From: an uncultured Pseudomonadota bacterium
Lineage (GTDB): Bacteria; Myxococcota_A; Polyangia; Fen-1088
Direction: 5' to 3'
Length of the DNA: 64,000 nt
Assembly: GCA_963847705.1 (NCBI GenBank)
Contig: CAWKBC010000032.1
Span: 1 to 64,000 of the forward strand
The notes below the pieces were generated by a model. That model saw only the letters and a program-made list of their open reading frames with translations, made no database searches and was not told the DNA's origin. This document shows, in pieces, positions 33,701 through 42,949 of the stretch; the stretch's first letter is position 1, and the number at the start of each line of letters is the position of its first letter. Made by a program: the position numbers and the translations under genes.

Positions 33701-34864
33701 GTGCGCCAGCTGCGCCCCGACGCTGGACATCGCCTCGCGCACCGCGGCCACGCTGCTCTTGCTCTCGAAGAAGAGCAGCGCGACCGCACGCCGTTCGCGC
33801 GGGGGGGCGGCCGGCTTGGCGGCGACCTTGCCGTCCGGCTTGGCGTCGGCGGACCCGGCAGCCGGCGGCGTGGCCGCAGGCTGCGCGGCGTCGCGTCGCG
33901 CCCGCTCCGCGGCGATCCCCGCCTGCAGTGCGCGGCGAAGATCGGCGATGCTGGCCGGCCGCCGCTCGGGATCCTTGGCCAGGCAGCGCATGACGGCGTC
34001 CTCGAGCGCCACCCCGATCTCCGCCCGGCGCGACAGCGCGGGGGGGCGCCGGCTGCGGTGGTTCTGCTGCACCTCGGCCGAATTTCCCCAGAACGGCGGT
34101 GCGCCCGCCAGCATCTCGTAGAAGATCACGCCCAGCGCGTAGATGTCGCTGCGGGCGTCGATCTCGGTGCGCCCTTCGCACTGCTCGGGCGACATGTACT
34201 CGGGCGTTCCGGCCGGGGCCTCCTCCTTGGTCGACTCGACGCGATCGCCCCCGGCGCCGACGCTGCGGACCAGGCCGAAGTCGAACAGCTTCACCCCCGT
34301 TTCGTCGACGAAGAGGTTCTCCGGTTTGAGGTCGCAGTGGACGAAGTCGCGGCCGTGCGCCGTCTCGACCGCCGCCAGAATCGCCAGCGCGTCGCGCGCG
34401 AACTCGTCGAGCGACATCGTCGGCGTCTTCGACTTGGGCGAGCTCGGATCGGAGAGGGCGGCCAGTCGTTCGGCCAGGAGCGGCGCCCGGACGAACTCCA
34501 TCACCACGTAGACCGAACCGTCGTCGAGGACGCCCCGCTCGTAGACCGCCGGAACGTGAGGCACACCGACGGCAGAGAGCGCGTATGCCTCACGCATCAG
34601 GCTCTCGCCGGCGGCCGCGTTGTCGGAGCGGGCGACCTTGATCGCGACGGTCTGTCCGTCGGAGATCCGCTCGGCCAGGAAGACGGCGCCGAATCCCCCC
34701 TGCCCCAGCGTGCGCCGCACGCGGAAGATCGGCAGATCGGGCGTCGGCACCACGAACGGCGTCGTGTCGTCGGGCTGCTCGGCGACGGGCGGCGGCGTCC
34801 CGTGCGCCGCGCAGACGGGGGCCGCGTCGCGCAGGCGGCGGCCGCAGGTCGGGCAGCGGATCAT
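30740..34864 (-). CDS. Ser/Thr protein kinase fused to a degenerate cyclase-like region, a STAND/AAA_16 ATPase and TPR repeats
   Basis: GQGGFGAV, VAIK, HCDLKPEN, DFG, GTPEYMSPE; Walker A GAAGYGKT, Walker B LVLEDAH, GIPL, FRHALLRD; C-terminal helical repeats. Confidence 0.9.
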   Translation of the reverse strand: MIRCPTCGRRLRDAAPVCAAHGTPPPVAEQPDDTTPFVVPTPDLPIFRVRRTLGQGGFGAVFLAERISDGQTVAIKVARSDNAAAGESLMREAYALSAVGVPHVPAVYERGVLDDGSVYVVMEFVRAPLLAERLAALSDPSSPKSKTPTMSLDEFARDALAILAAVETAHGRDFVHCDLKPENLFVDETGVKLFDFGLVRSVGAGGDRVESTKEEAPAGTPEYMSPEQCEGRTEIDARSDIYALGVIFYEMLAGAPPFWGNSAEVQQNHRSRRPPALSRRAEIGVALEDAVMRCLAKDPERRPASIADLRRALQAGIAAERARRDAAQPAATPPAAGSADAKPDGKVAAKPAAPPRERRAVALLFFESKSSVAAVREAMSSVGAQLAHAAGAQYVLAFGHEVGDNPTRAAANAGEMIVARGLAKRALVDLASVSIQARPDGTRRYQSPLFAKKEQYPGESDPEGILLSPAALEVLPDLPVEPVPGRQGTSRLQKAAAQAAERTTTRMGVAPLVGRDELLRTLLESARAAASGSTPTIVTLLGAAGYGKTHLAQMLVQHLEIVPAFQLLFVRAKEVLGGVEEQTTRELLRSTLSLPDAAPADLGRALLAERLGAELAREVWAGVAITMGWAPPEHPELRALTAAPGAIRSAAARAAGEALRAKARHRALALVLEDAHFVDETALDALEYAALAEAGCPIWICVVGRPSFGRGRTDWAGRAAARREITLPALEPGAAADLARRLLSPAENVPATALALLAARTEGIPLLLVELVRGLKRDGLVRKSGKGQGWTLATDELDRLPDLPLVQWLASRETESLPPDLMAHARLASVLGAEFSSEEIEGVVQELERGGVSAETQLDAGIGVRRLVESGILARHRGGRAGFRHALLRDTVYQSVSPPQREAIHRAAYDYYRRQDRLPDGARLPPMAFHAARSGLKLEAGRLYLDLAGRARARHGYLDAELLFKNALENIPTEDQTGQIAAAQGRAQMRYRLGRPEDALADYNAALTRARAAGSKAAQIDVLLDEGIVLDHVRDLPRAAATTEEAAALLETEPGLATPVVTARLVMSQARGLWRGDKPVEAVEAFKRAIEVGEPLGDEAYEAYTTSMSLGSTAAAALGQFALSEAWSDRILRVCEEHGDIVGICYALINRSMLSFLTDQIDRLLVDLERAVQISREFGMPLAESMCVRDLGEIYLSLGKPVEGEPYIRRAHAMYTQAFGEMAARSINCEVQLARLKWWSGDVEAAGEIFRKVTAQQAAALAAGQSDSILTGSERLALDQVGTALGSGSPAEFDALIARGHELALQPQDIVELVEWKGLAALRAGRRHEAIPLFEQALALAEKSARLVSDRVRRQLLAATGEASAAASPASMKG

Positions 34865-34974
34865 CGGCGACCCTCTTTTTAACCCGAACGTCACCCCTTT
34901 ACCCACCTCGGCGCATGTTGTGCGAGGCTTGTCCTCTCCACGTGGCATCTTCATCGACGGGCGGAGCCCCCGGC

Positions 34975-37569
34975 TTGACGCCGTTGCCCATCGACGCGTC
35001 CGTTCCGGCCATCGTGAACGCGCTGGAGGCCGACGGCGCGGTGGTCGTCGAGGCGCCACCCGGCGCCGGAAAGACCACCCGCGTGCCGAGCGCGCTCCTC
35101 GACGCGCGCCTGTCCGGTGCGGGCGAGATCTGGGTCCTCGAGCCGCGGCGCCTGCCGGCGCGCCTGGCGGCCACCCGGGTGGCCGCCGAGCGCGGGGAGC
35201 GGGTCGGCGAGACCATCGGCTACAGCGTTCGCTTCGACGAGGCGGGGGGTCCCCGCACCCGGCTGAGGTTCATGACCGAAGGGCTGTTCGTGCGGCGCCT
35301 GCTCGCAGCTCCGGAGCTCCCTGGGGTTTCCGCCGTCGTGCTGGACGAGCTGCACGAGCGTCACGTGGCGACCGATCTGGCGCTCGCCTGGCTGCGCCGG
35401 CTGCGTCAAGGGGCACGCCCCGATCTGGCGGTGGTGGCCATGTCGGCGACGCTGGAGGCCGAGCCGGTGCGGGCGTTTCTGGCCGGTGGCGCCCGGCGGG
35501 CGACCACCGTGCGGAGCGAAGGGCGCCGGTTCGACGTGGCGATCGAACATCTGCCGGTGGCGCAGGCGAGCGACGACCGTCCGCTCGAACGGCGGATCGC
35601 GGCGGCGGTCCGGCAGCTTTTGCGCGAGGAGCCCGACGGCGACCTGCTGGTCTTTCTTCCGGGCGCCGGCGAGATCCGGCGCGCGCAGGCCGCGCTCGCC
35701 GAGCTGCCGCAGGCAGGCGAGCTGGCGATTCTTCCCCTGCACGGCGAGATGCCGCTCGAGGAGCAGACGCGCGCCGTGCGCCCCGCCGGGAGGCGCAAGG
35801 TGGTCCTGGCGACCAACGTGGCCGAATCGTCGGTGACCATCGACGGCGTGGTGGCGGTGGTCGACACGGGGCTGGCGCGCGTCGCCGCGCACTCGCCCTG
35901 GACGGGCCTGCCCACGCTGGCGCTGGCCAAGATCAGCCGCGCCGCGGCCGAGCAGCGGGCCGGACGCGCCGGACGCACGCGCCCCGGACGCGCGCTGCGC
36001 CTCTTCACGCAGCACGACTTCGAGCAACGCCCCGCCTACGATCCACCCGAGATCGCGCGGGTCGATCTGACGGACCTGGCGATGACGTTGTCGGCGCTCG
36101 GCCTCTCCGACGCCGACGCGCTCGACTGGCTGGAGCCGCCGCCCGCCGCCGCGTGGGGCGCGGCGCGCGAGCTTCTCCAGCGGCTGGGGGCGATCTCGGC
36201 GGCCGGCTCCCTCAGCGACGTCGGCCGGCGCATGCTCCGGTTCCCAATCCATCCCCGGCTCGCGCGGCTGGTGGTCGAGGGGGAGGCGCGCGGCGCCGGC
36301 GACGCCGCGGCGCTGGCGGCCGCGCTGATCGGCGAGCGCGACATCCGCGCCAGCGCGCGGGCCTCGTTCGGCGGTGGCGCCGGGGCGCGCCCCGATCGGG
36401 GCGCCGACGTCCTCGATCTCGTCGATCTTTACCGCGAGGCCGAGGCCGGGCGCTTTCGCCCCGACCTCCTCCGCCGGCTCGAGCTGGACGCCCGCGCGGT
36501 CGAGGAGGTGGGCCGCGTCCGGCGACAGCTCACCTCGGCGCTCGACGGCCGCCGCGCGCGCGCCGACGCGGCGACCGAAGCGCCGGCCTTGCGGCAGGCG
36601 ATTCTCACCGCCTTCCCGGATCGCGTCGCGCACCGGCGCGAAGCGGGCGGCAAGACCGCCTTGCTCGCGGCGGGCGGCAGCGCAGAGCTGGGCCTCGAGC
36701 AGACGGGCGACTGGCTGGTGACCGTCGACGTGGTGGAGGATCGCAAGTCGGGGCGAAGCGGCCTTTCGGGGCGCGCGCCCGTGGTCCGTCTCAGCGCGCG
36801 CATCGAGCCCGAGTGGGTGCTCGATCTCTTCGCCGAGCGCGTCGTGGAGATCGATCGCCGCGCGTTCGACGCGCGCACCGAGCGGGTCGAGCGCACCACC
36901 GGCCTGGCGTTCGGCGCGCTGGCGCTCGACGCGCGCACGGAGCCGGCGCCTCCCGACGAAGAGACCGCGCGGCTGCTGGCGGAGGCGGCGTTGGCGCGGG
37001 GGATCGACAAGCTCCCCGGCGGCCAGGTGATTCCGGCGCTTCTGCAACGAATCACCTTCGCCCGCCAGGCTGCGCCCGAGGCGCCGCTTCCCACCCTCGG
37101 CGCTGACGCCGTGAGCGAGCTGGTGCGGCTGGCCTGCGTCGGGCGAAACAGCTTCGCCGAGCTGGCGACGCCGGGGGCCGATCTGGGGACCGCGGTCCTG
37201 GCCGCGCTCCCGCCCGAAGCGCGCCGGGCGCTCGACACGCTGGCGCCGCTGCAGATCACGCTCTCCGGCGGCCGTACGGTGCCGATCCACTACGATCCCA
37301 CCAGCCCGCCCTGGATCGAATCGCGGCTGCAGGACTTCTTCGGGACGCGCGCCGCGCCGGTCATCGGCGGCGGCCGCGTGCCGCTCACGGTGCACCTGCT
37401 GGCGCCCAACGGACGGGCGGTCCAGGTGACCCGCGATCTGGCCGGCTTCTGGACGCAGCACTACCCCGCGCTCCGCCGTGAGCTCGGGCGGCGCTACCCG
37501 CGGCACGCCTGGCCAGAGGACGGAGCCACCGCGCGCCCCCCGGATCCGAATTCCCACCGACGCCGCTGA
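34975..37569 (+). CDS. hrpB: ATP-dependent RNA helicase HrpB
   Basis: APPGAGKTT, DELHER, MSAT, ATNVAESS, QRAGRAGR, C-terminal YPRHAWPED; TTG start inferred. Confidence 0.94.
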   Translation: MTPLPIDASVPAIVNALEADGAVVVEAPPGAGKTTRVPSALLDARLSGAGEIWVLEPRRLPARLAATRVAAERGERVGETIGYSVRFDEAGGPRTRLRFMTEGLFVRRLLAAPELPGVSAVVLDELHERHVATDLALAWLRRLRQGARPDLAVVAMSATLEAEPVRAFLAGGARRATTVRSEGRRFDVAIEHLPVAQASDDRPLERRIAAAVRQLLREEPDGDLLVFLPGAGEIRRAQAALAELPQAGELAILPLHGEMPLEEQTRAVRPAGRRKVVLATNVAESSVTIDGVVAVVDTGLARVAAHSPWTGLPTLALAKISRAAAEQRAGRAGRTRPGRALRLFTQHDFEQRPAYDPPEIARVDLTDLAMTLSALGLSDADALDWLEPPPAAAWGAARELLQRLGAISAAGSLSDVGRRMLRFPIHPRLARLVVEGEARGAGDAAALAAALIGERDIRASARASFGGGAGARPDRGADVLDLVDLYREAEAGRFRPDLLRRLELDARAVEEVGRVRRQLTSALDGRRARADAATEAPALRQAILTAFPDRVAHRREAGGKTALLAAGGSAELGLEQTGDWLVTVDVVEDRKSGRSGLSGRAPVVRLSARIEPEWVLDLFAERVVEIDRRAFDARTERVERTTGLAFGALALDARTEPAPPDEETARLLAEAALARGIDKLPGGQVIPALLQRITFARQAAPEAPLPTLGADAVSELVRLACVGRNSFAELATPGADLGTAVLAALPPEARRALDTLAPLQITLSGGRTVPIHYDPTSPPWIESRLQDFFGTRAAPVIGGGRVPLTVHLLAPNGRAVQVTRDLAGFWTQHYPALRRELGRRYPRHAWPEDGATARPPDPNSHRRR

Positions 37570-37611
37570 GGCCGGCTGCGCCCGCCGGATCCGGGGCCCT
37601 ATCATCGTGGG

Positions 37612-37989
37612 GTGGACCAGCGAATCACCTGGGTGACGGGCCAGCGGGGGGACGGGCCCAGGGAGACCATTGGCGTGCTCGAGCTCGAGGCCGACGGCCG
37701 CTGCCGCGCCGTCTTCGCCGAGCGGGCCGAGGTGGACGGCCACTGCCACGTCCTGCTGGCCCGTCAGGCCTGGGGCGGGAAAACCTCACTCGGGACCCGA
37801 TAGTGGAGTCTGGTGCTCGACCCTGATCACAAGGTCTCGACGAGACGCAACGGTTCCTGCGGCGACCCCATCACCAAGGCAGACATCCCGCAGATCCTGC
37901 GCGCTCTCGCCGAGCTCGATCTGCTCAAGAAGGGCACCATGATCGCCGTGGATGCAGGTGGCTCGGTCATCGTGGGGCTGAACGCCTGA
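37612..37989 (+). pseudogene. Hypothetical ORF interrupted by an in-frame TAG at 37801
   Basis: The frame stays open with GC3-rich codons for 61 further codons past the TAG, to TGA at 37987-37989. Confidence 0.5.
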
Positions 37990-38025
37990 CTGAACAGCGT
38001 CGCCGCCAGCGGATATACTCCGGCC

Positions 38026-39429
38026 ATGCAGCCGCGCGCTCCCGATCGGACCGAGCTGCAGCGGCGCGCCGGCGAGCAACGGCGCGCCCGCCTCGCCAAG
38101 CTGCTGGGCCCCCGCCCGGCCTTGATCGCGGCCGGCCTGCCGCGCCCGCGCAACTACGCCGCGAACCTCTACCCGTACCGCGCCAGCAGCCACTTTCTGT
38201 ATCTGTTCGGCCTTCCGCTGCGGGGCGCGATTGCGGTTTACGACGGCTCCGCCTTCACCCTCTACCTGCCCGAGCCGCACCCCGATCAGGCGCTCTGGGA
38301 GGGACCGGCACCGACCTTCGAGGAGATCTCCGCGGCGACCGCTTGCCCCGTTCGCCCGCTCGCCCGTCTGGCAGCCAGCGTGCGCGGGCGCGCCGTCGCC
38401 ACGCTCGCCGCGCCGGACCTGGAGACCTGCCTCGAGCAGAGCCGCCTTCTCAACCGCGAGATCCGTCCGGGCGTGATCGACGTGCTCGACGCGCCACTTT
38501 GCGACGCGATGATCGCGCTCCGCCTGCAACACGACGAGGCCGCTGTCGCTGAGCTGCGCCGCGCCGCAGACGCGACGGCCGCAGCGCATCAGGCCGGAAT
38601 GGCCGCCACCCGCCCCGGGCGCACGGCGGCCGCGGTCCGCGCGGCGATGGAGGCGGCGCTCATCGCGCGCGGAATGAGCTGCGCCTACCCATCGATCGTC
38701 ACGCCGCACGGCGAGATCTTGCACAGCGAGCGCTACGATCACGAGCTGCGCCAAGGCGATCTGCTGCTGGCCGACGTCGGCGCGGAGACCGAGGGTGGCT
38801 GGGCTGGCGACGTCACCCGCACCTGGCCGGTCTCCGGTCGCTTCTCCCCCACGCAGCGCGATTTTTACCAGCTGGTGCTGGAGGCGCAGCGGCGCGCGAT
38901 CGCGGCGGTCGGCCCCGGCACGCGTTATCGCAACGTCCACGTCATCGCCTGCCAGACGCTGGCGTCCGGTCTGGTCGATCTCGGCGTCCTGCGCGGCGAT
39001 CCGATCGCGCTGGCGGCAGACGGGGTGGTCGCGCTGCTGTTTCCGCACGGGGTCGGACATCTGCTGGGGCTCGACGTGCACGACATGGAAGACCTGGGCG
39101 ATCGCGCCGGCTATGGGCCCGGACGAGAACGGTCGAAGGAGTTTGGCCTGCGTTCGCTCCGCCTCGACCGCGATCTCGTCCCCGGTATGGCCATCACCAT
39201 CGAGCCCGGCCTCTACCAGGTGGAGTCAATTCTGCAGGATGCGGCGCTGACCCGGGTGGCGGGCGATCGCCTGGACCGCAACAAGCTTGCCGCCTTTGCC
39301 GACGTTCGCGGCATCCGGATCGAAGACGACGTCCTGGTGACCGAAACCGGACGAGAGGTCCTCACCGAGGCGATCCCCAAGTCGATCGCCGCGGTCGAAA
39401 GCGCAATCGGTGTGGCCCCTGGCCCCTGA
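38026..39429 (+). CDS. pepP: Xaa-Pro aminopeptidase (M24B)
   Basis: LLLADVGAE...GDVTRT, HGVGHLLGLDVHD, TIEPGLY, GIRIEDD. Confidence 0.9.
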   Translation: MQPRAPDRTELQRRAGEQRRARLAKLLGPRPALIAAGLPRPRNYAANLYPYRASSHFLYLFGLPLRGAIAVYDGSAFTLYLPEPHPDQALWEGPAPTFEEISAATACPVRPLARLAASVRGRAVATLAAPDLETCLEQSRLLNREIRPGVIDVLDAPLCDAMIALRLQHDEAAVAELRRAADATAAAHQAGMAATRPGRTAAAVRAAMEAALIARGMSCAYPSIVTPHGEILHSERYDHELRQGDLLLADVGAETEGGWAGDVTRTWPVSGRFSPTQRDFYQLVLEAQRRAIAAVGPGTRYRNVHVIACQTLASGLVDLGVLRGDPIALAADGVVALLFPHGVGHLLGLDVHDMEDLGDRAGYGPGRERSKEFGLRSLRLDRDLVPGMAITIEPGLYQVESILQDAALTRVAGDRLDRNKLAAFADVRGIRIEDDVLVTETGREVLTEAIPKSIAAVESAIGVAPGP

Positions 39430-39457
39430 CGCCGCTCGCTGAAAGCGCCTTCGAGCG

Positions 39458-40492
39458 CTACTGATTCGGGGACGGCGCTTGCGGCACGCTCGCCGGCGGC
39501 GGGCTGGTCTCAGGCGCCATCGTGGTGGGAGCAGCCGTGTTGGGCGCAATCGTGGGGGCGCTCTGAGGAGGCTGGCCCGTCGGTTGCGACGGCTGCGCCG
39601 GCACGGTGGTCGTTTGGCCATACGAGTCGACGCCGACGACGTTCGAGCTCTGCCCGCTCGCCGGAGCCTCGGGCGCCTCGGCGGCAGCCCCGGGCGCCGC
39701 CACCGGAGCTCCAGGGGGGGCTGCCCCTTCCGGTGGTGCAGCGGCAGCGGGTGGCGTCGCCTCACCGGGCGGCGTGGCCGCTTCGGGCGCCGCGGCCGTA
39801 TCAGGCGGGCTGGCCCGAACCGGGGTGGCATAGAGCGGCACCACGGTGGTGGCGGGTGCCCCAGCGGTGGACGGCGCCGCCGCCGCCGGATTGACTGGCT
39901 CCGCCGTCAAGGGCGCCGCTGCCGGAGTCTCCGAGGCTGGCGCGGCCAGTGGGGTCGACGTCACCGGGGCGGCAAACGGCGTCGCGGTTGCCGGCGCAGC
40001 AAACGGCGTCGCGGTCACCGGGGCAGCCGTCGAAGAGCTGGCGCTGGTCGGCGGCGCAGCGGGCCCCGGCGCGAAGGGAGGTGTCGCCGTCGAGGGGACG
40101 GGGATGGCCGGCGGTCTGGCGGCCGCCAGGGGAAGTTGCGCGGTCATGACCTGAGCGCTCCCGGGAGGCGCGGCGACCGTGGTGCCATCGGTGGTCGGCA
40201 CCTCGGCCACCTGGGGCTTCGCGACCGCCTGCTTCGCCGCCTCGCGCTTGCGCGCCGCTGTCGCTTGCACGCTCCTTGGATTGAACGGCGGCGGATCCGT
40301 CGCCTTTCTCACATAGTCTGCAGCGGCCGTCGATTCATCTGGACCGCTCGGTGTGGGGAGTGCCGAGATCGAATCTGGCCCTTCAGCCTGTGCCTGCGCG
40401 GTGGCGGCGAAGGAAGAGAAGATCGCGATCCCGCAAACCGCGCCCAAGAAAATCGCTGATCGCAGCCACATACGAACCGCACGTCCGAGCAT
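39458..40492 (-). CDS. Exported Pro/Ala/Thr-rich low-complexity protein
   Basis: GGGGAGGG before ATG 40492; signal peptide ending AQA; TATPFAAP repeats. Confidence 0.65.
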   Translation of the reverse strand: MLGRAVRMWLRSAIFLGAVCGIAIFSSFAATAQAQAEGPDSISALPTPSGPDESTAAADYVRKATDPPPFNPRSVQATAARKREAAKQAVAKPQVAEVPTTDGTTVAAPPGSAQVMTAQLPLAAARPPAIPVPSTATPPFAPGPAAPPTSASSSTAAPVTATPFAAPATATPFAAPVTSTPLAAPASETPAAAPLTAEPVNPAAAAPSTAGAPATTVVPLYATPVRASPPDTAAAPEAATPPGEATPPAAAAPPEGAAPPGAPVAAPGAAAEAPEAPASGQSSNVVGVDSYGQTTTVPAQPSQPTGQPPQSAPTIAPNTAAPTTMAPETSPPPASVPQAPSPNQ

Positions 40493-40640
40493 CTGATCTC
40501 CCTCCCCTGACTTTCTAGATCGCTTGAGTTGACTGTCGCTTCGTCTCGCTTGTTCGCCCTCCAATGAATTTAGGCTCTGAGAAGCACAGGGTGAGTCCCT
40601 TGCGGCTTCCGGGGCCGTTGCCAGATTCCAGGAGGTACCT

Positions 40641-40961
40641 GTGGAGAAGTTGCAACCGCAGAAGCTGCCCGGGCTCATCCGCGATCTGCGCGCCGAGCTG
40701 CGGCGCCCCGACCGGGGGCCGCGCGCGCAGCTCTACGAGCTGGCGCGGCGGCGGATCGAGGCGCCGCACGAAATTCTCGACTGGGCCAAGCGTGACCGCC
40801 GCTGGTCGTTCACGTTGGCCGAGATCATGACGGGAACGTTGTCGCGTCCGCGCGATCTGGCAACTGGGTTGGTGGTGGCGATCGCCGATGAGCTCGAAGA
40901 AGAGCGCGAGATGCTCGACGATGACGATCTGGAAACATGGAGAACGGCGCCGATCGAGTAA
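40641..40961 (+). CDS. Hypothetical protein (106 aa)
   Basis: AGGAGG RBS before the GTG; GC3-rich codons; acidic C-terminus. Confidence 0.7.
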   Translation: MEKLQPQKLPGLIRDLRAELRRPDRGPRAQLYELARRRIEAPHEILDWAKRDRRWSFTLAEIMTGTLSRPRDLATGLVVAIADELEEEREMLDDDDLETWRTAPIE

Positions 40962-41012
40962 CGTTTGCGTCAAGCAAGCAGTTTTTTTGCGCCGCGCGCG
41001 AGGTGGTTTTAT

Positions 41013-41261
41013 ATGATCGAGTTCATGAAGATCACCGGGCGGAAGACAGTCAAAGGGGAGAAGACCTCGGCACCCAAGGCCGTGAAGGCGGGGACGGGGA
41101 AAACGAAGACCTCGAACGCGGCCAAGCCAGCAATGGCAGTTGCGCCGACGTACGAGGAGATCGCCAAGCGCTCATACGAGATCTATCTCGAGCGTGGCGG
41201 CGAGCACGGCCACGCCGAGGAAGACTGGGCGCGCGCCGAAGCCGAGCTGCTCGGCAGCTGA
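41013..41261 (+). CDS. DUF2934 domain protein with a Lys-rich N-terminal tail
   Basis: EEIAKRSYEIYLERG...GHAEEDWARAEAEL. Confidence 0.85.
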   Translation: MIEFMKITGRKTVKGEKTSAPKAVKAGTGKTKTSNAAKPAMAVAPTYEEIAKRSYEIYLERGGEHGHAEEDWARAEAELLGS

Positions 41262-41316
41262 CCACCAGCAGCCAGGTCGTCCTGACGGTTGGCCGCTGGC
41301 CCGCGTCAGGTCAACC

Positions 41317-42558
41317 TCAGCCGAAGCGGCTGAGGACGAGGCACGCGTTGGTGCCGCCGAAGCCGAAGCTGTTCGAGAGCACGTGCTGGACCCGCGCCTC
41401 GCGCGCGGTGTTCGGCACGTAGTCGAGGTCGCAGGCCGGATCGGGCGTCGTGTAGTTGATGGTCGGCGGGATCACCCCGCGCGACAGCACCAGCGCGCAG
41501 ATGGCGCTCTCGACGCCGCCGGCCGCCCCCAGCATGTGTCCGGTCATCGACTTGGTCGAGCTGACCATGAGCTTGCCGGCGTGGTCACCGAACACCTTCT
41601 TGATGGCCAGCGTCTCGGTGGCGTCGTTGATCTCCGTCGACGTCCCGTGCGCGTTGATGTAGCCGATGTCCGCCGGCGAGAGCTTGGCGTCCTTGAGCGC
41701 TAGGCGCATGCAGCGCTGGGCGCCCTCCCCGCCGGGCGCCGGCGAGGTGATGTGGTGCGCGTCGGCGTTGGCGGCGTAGCCGCTCACCTCGGCGTAGATC
41801 TTGGCCCCGCGCGCCCTGGCGTGCTCCATCTCCTCGAGGACCAGGACGCCGGCCCCCTCGGCGATCACGAACCCGTCGCGATCCTTGTCGAACGGGCGCG
41901 AGGCCTCCTGCGGCGCCTCGTTGTGGGTGGACAGCGCGCGCATCGCATTGAAGCCCCCCACCCCGAGCGGGGTGATGGTCGCCTCGGTGCCGCCGCAGAT
42001 CATGGCGTCGGCGTCGCCCCGCTCGATCACCCGGGCGGCGTCGCCGATGGCGTGTGTCCCGGTCGAGCAGGCCGAGACCTGCGAAAGGTTCGGCCCCTTG
42101 GCGCCGAACTTGATCGACAGGTTCCCGGAGGCCAGGTTGACGATGATCATCGGCACGAAGAATGGCGAGAAGCCGTGCCGCGGCCCTTTCTCCCAGAGCG
42201 TCTTGCAGGTCGCCTCGATGGTGGTCACCCCGCCCAGCCCCGCGCCGACGAAGCAGCCGACCCGCTCGGCGAACTCGCCCGAGATCTCCAGGCCGGAGTC
42301 GGCGACCGCCAGCGACCCGGCCGCCACCGCGTAGCGGACAAAGGGATCGAGGGTCTTCGCCTCTCGCGCCGTCATCCAGCGCAAAGGGTCGAAGTCCTTC
42401 ACTTCGCCCGCGAAGTGCGTGGCAAAGGCGGTGTGATCGAATTTCGTGATGGGGCCAATGCCGGACTTCCCGGCCAGCAGCCCCTGCCACGTCTCTTCGG
42501 TGCCGACGGCGATCGGCGTGACGAGCCCGATTCCGGTGACGACGACCCTGCGTGCCAT
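41317..42558 (-). CDS. fabF: 3-oxoacyl-ACP synthase II
   Basis: [41 protein letters not shown]. Confidence 0.97.
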   Translation of the reverse strand: MARRVVVTGIGLVTPIAVGTEETWQGLLAGKSGIGPITKFDHTAFATHFAGEVKDFDPLRWMTAREAKTLDPFVRYAVAAGSLAVADSGLEISGEFAERVGCFVGAGLGGVTTIEATCKTLWEKGPRHGFSPFFVPMIIVNLASGNLSIKFGAKGPNLSQVSACSTGTHAIGDAARVIERGDADAMICGGTEATITPLGVGGFNAMRALSTHNEAPQEASRPFDKDRDGFVIAEGAGVLVLEEMEHARARGAKIYAEVSGYAANADAHHITSPAPGGEGAQRCMRLALKDAKLSPADIGYINAHGTSTEINDATETLAIKKVFGDHAGKLMVSSTKSMTGHMLGAAGGVESAICALVLSRGVIPPTINYTTPDPACDLDYVPNTAREARVQHVLSNSFGFGGTNACLVLSRFG

Positions 42559-42630
42559 TTAGCGTCCTTTTTCCTGTCTTCGGCGCGCCTCGACGGCGCG
42601 CAGCACCACCGCTCGCCGCGTCTTGCTCGC

Positions 42631-42870
42631 TTACTTGGCGTGCGACTTGATGTAGTTGATGGCGTCCCCGACGGTCTTGATCTTCTCGGTGTCCTCGTCC
42701 GGGATCTCGAGCTTGAACTGCTCCTCGAGCGCCAGCACCAGCTCGACGACCGCCAGCGAGTCCGCCTTGAGGTCCTCGGCGAAGGAAGCCTCGGGCTTGA
42801 TCTTGTCGGGCGCCACCTCGAGCTGCTCGATGATGATCTTCTTGACCCTCTCTGCGATGTCGTCTGCCAT
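42631..42870 (-). CDS. acpP: Acyl carrier protein
   Basis: [13 protein letters not shown] phosphopantetheine site; fab cluster position. Confidence 0.96.
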   Translation of the reverse strand: MADDIAERVKKIIIEQLEVAPDKIKPEASFAEDLKADSLAVVELVLALEEQFKLEIPDEDTEKIKTVGDAINYIKSHAK

Positions 42871-42949
42871 GTTGTTTCTTATCCTCTCGATGACGTGTTT
42901 CTGGTTCGCAATCCGGATTCGCAAACCCGGTTTCGGAAAGGCGCGTACC

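Noticed and set aside
30881-37749. Very long antisense ORFs (30881..34882 +, 34951..37749 -; likewise 58963..61935 -, 2968..4869 + and others)
   Set aside because: These are shadow frames of GC3-rich real genes. They have low-information Arg/Ala/Gly-rich composition and no motifs.
37801-37803. Pyrrolysine or amber recoding
   Set aside because: Other genes in the window (clpP, purH, mazG) terminate normally at TAG, and no pyl machinery is present in the window.
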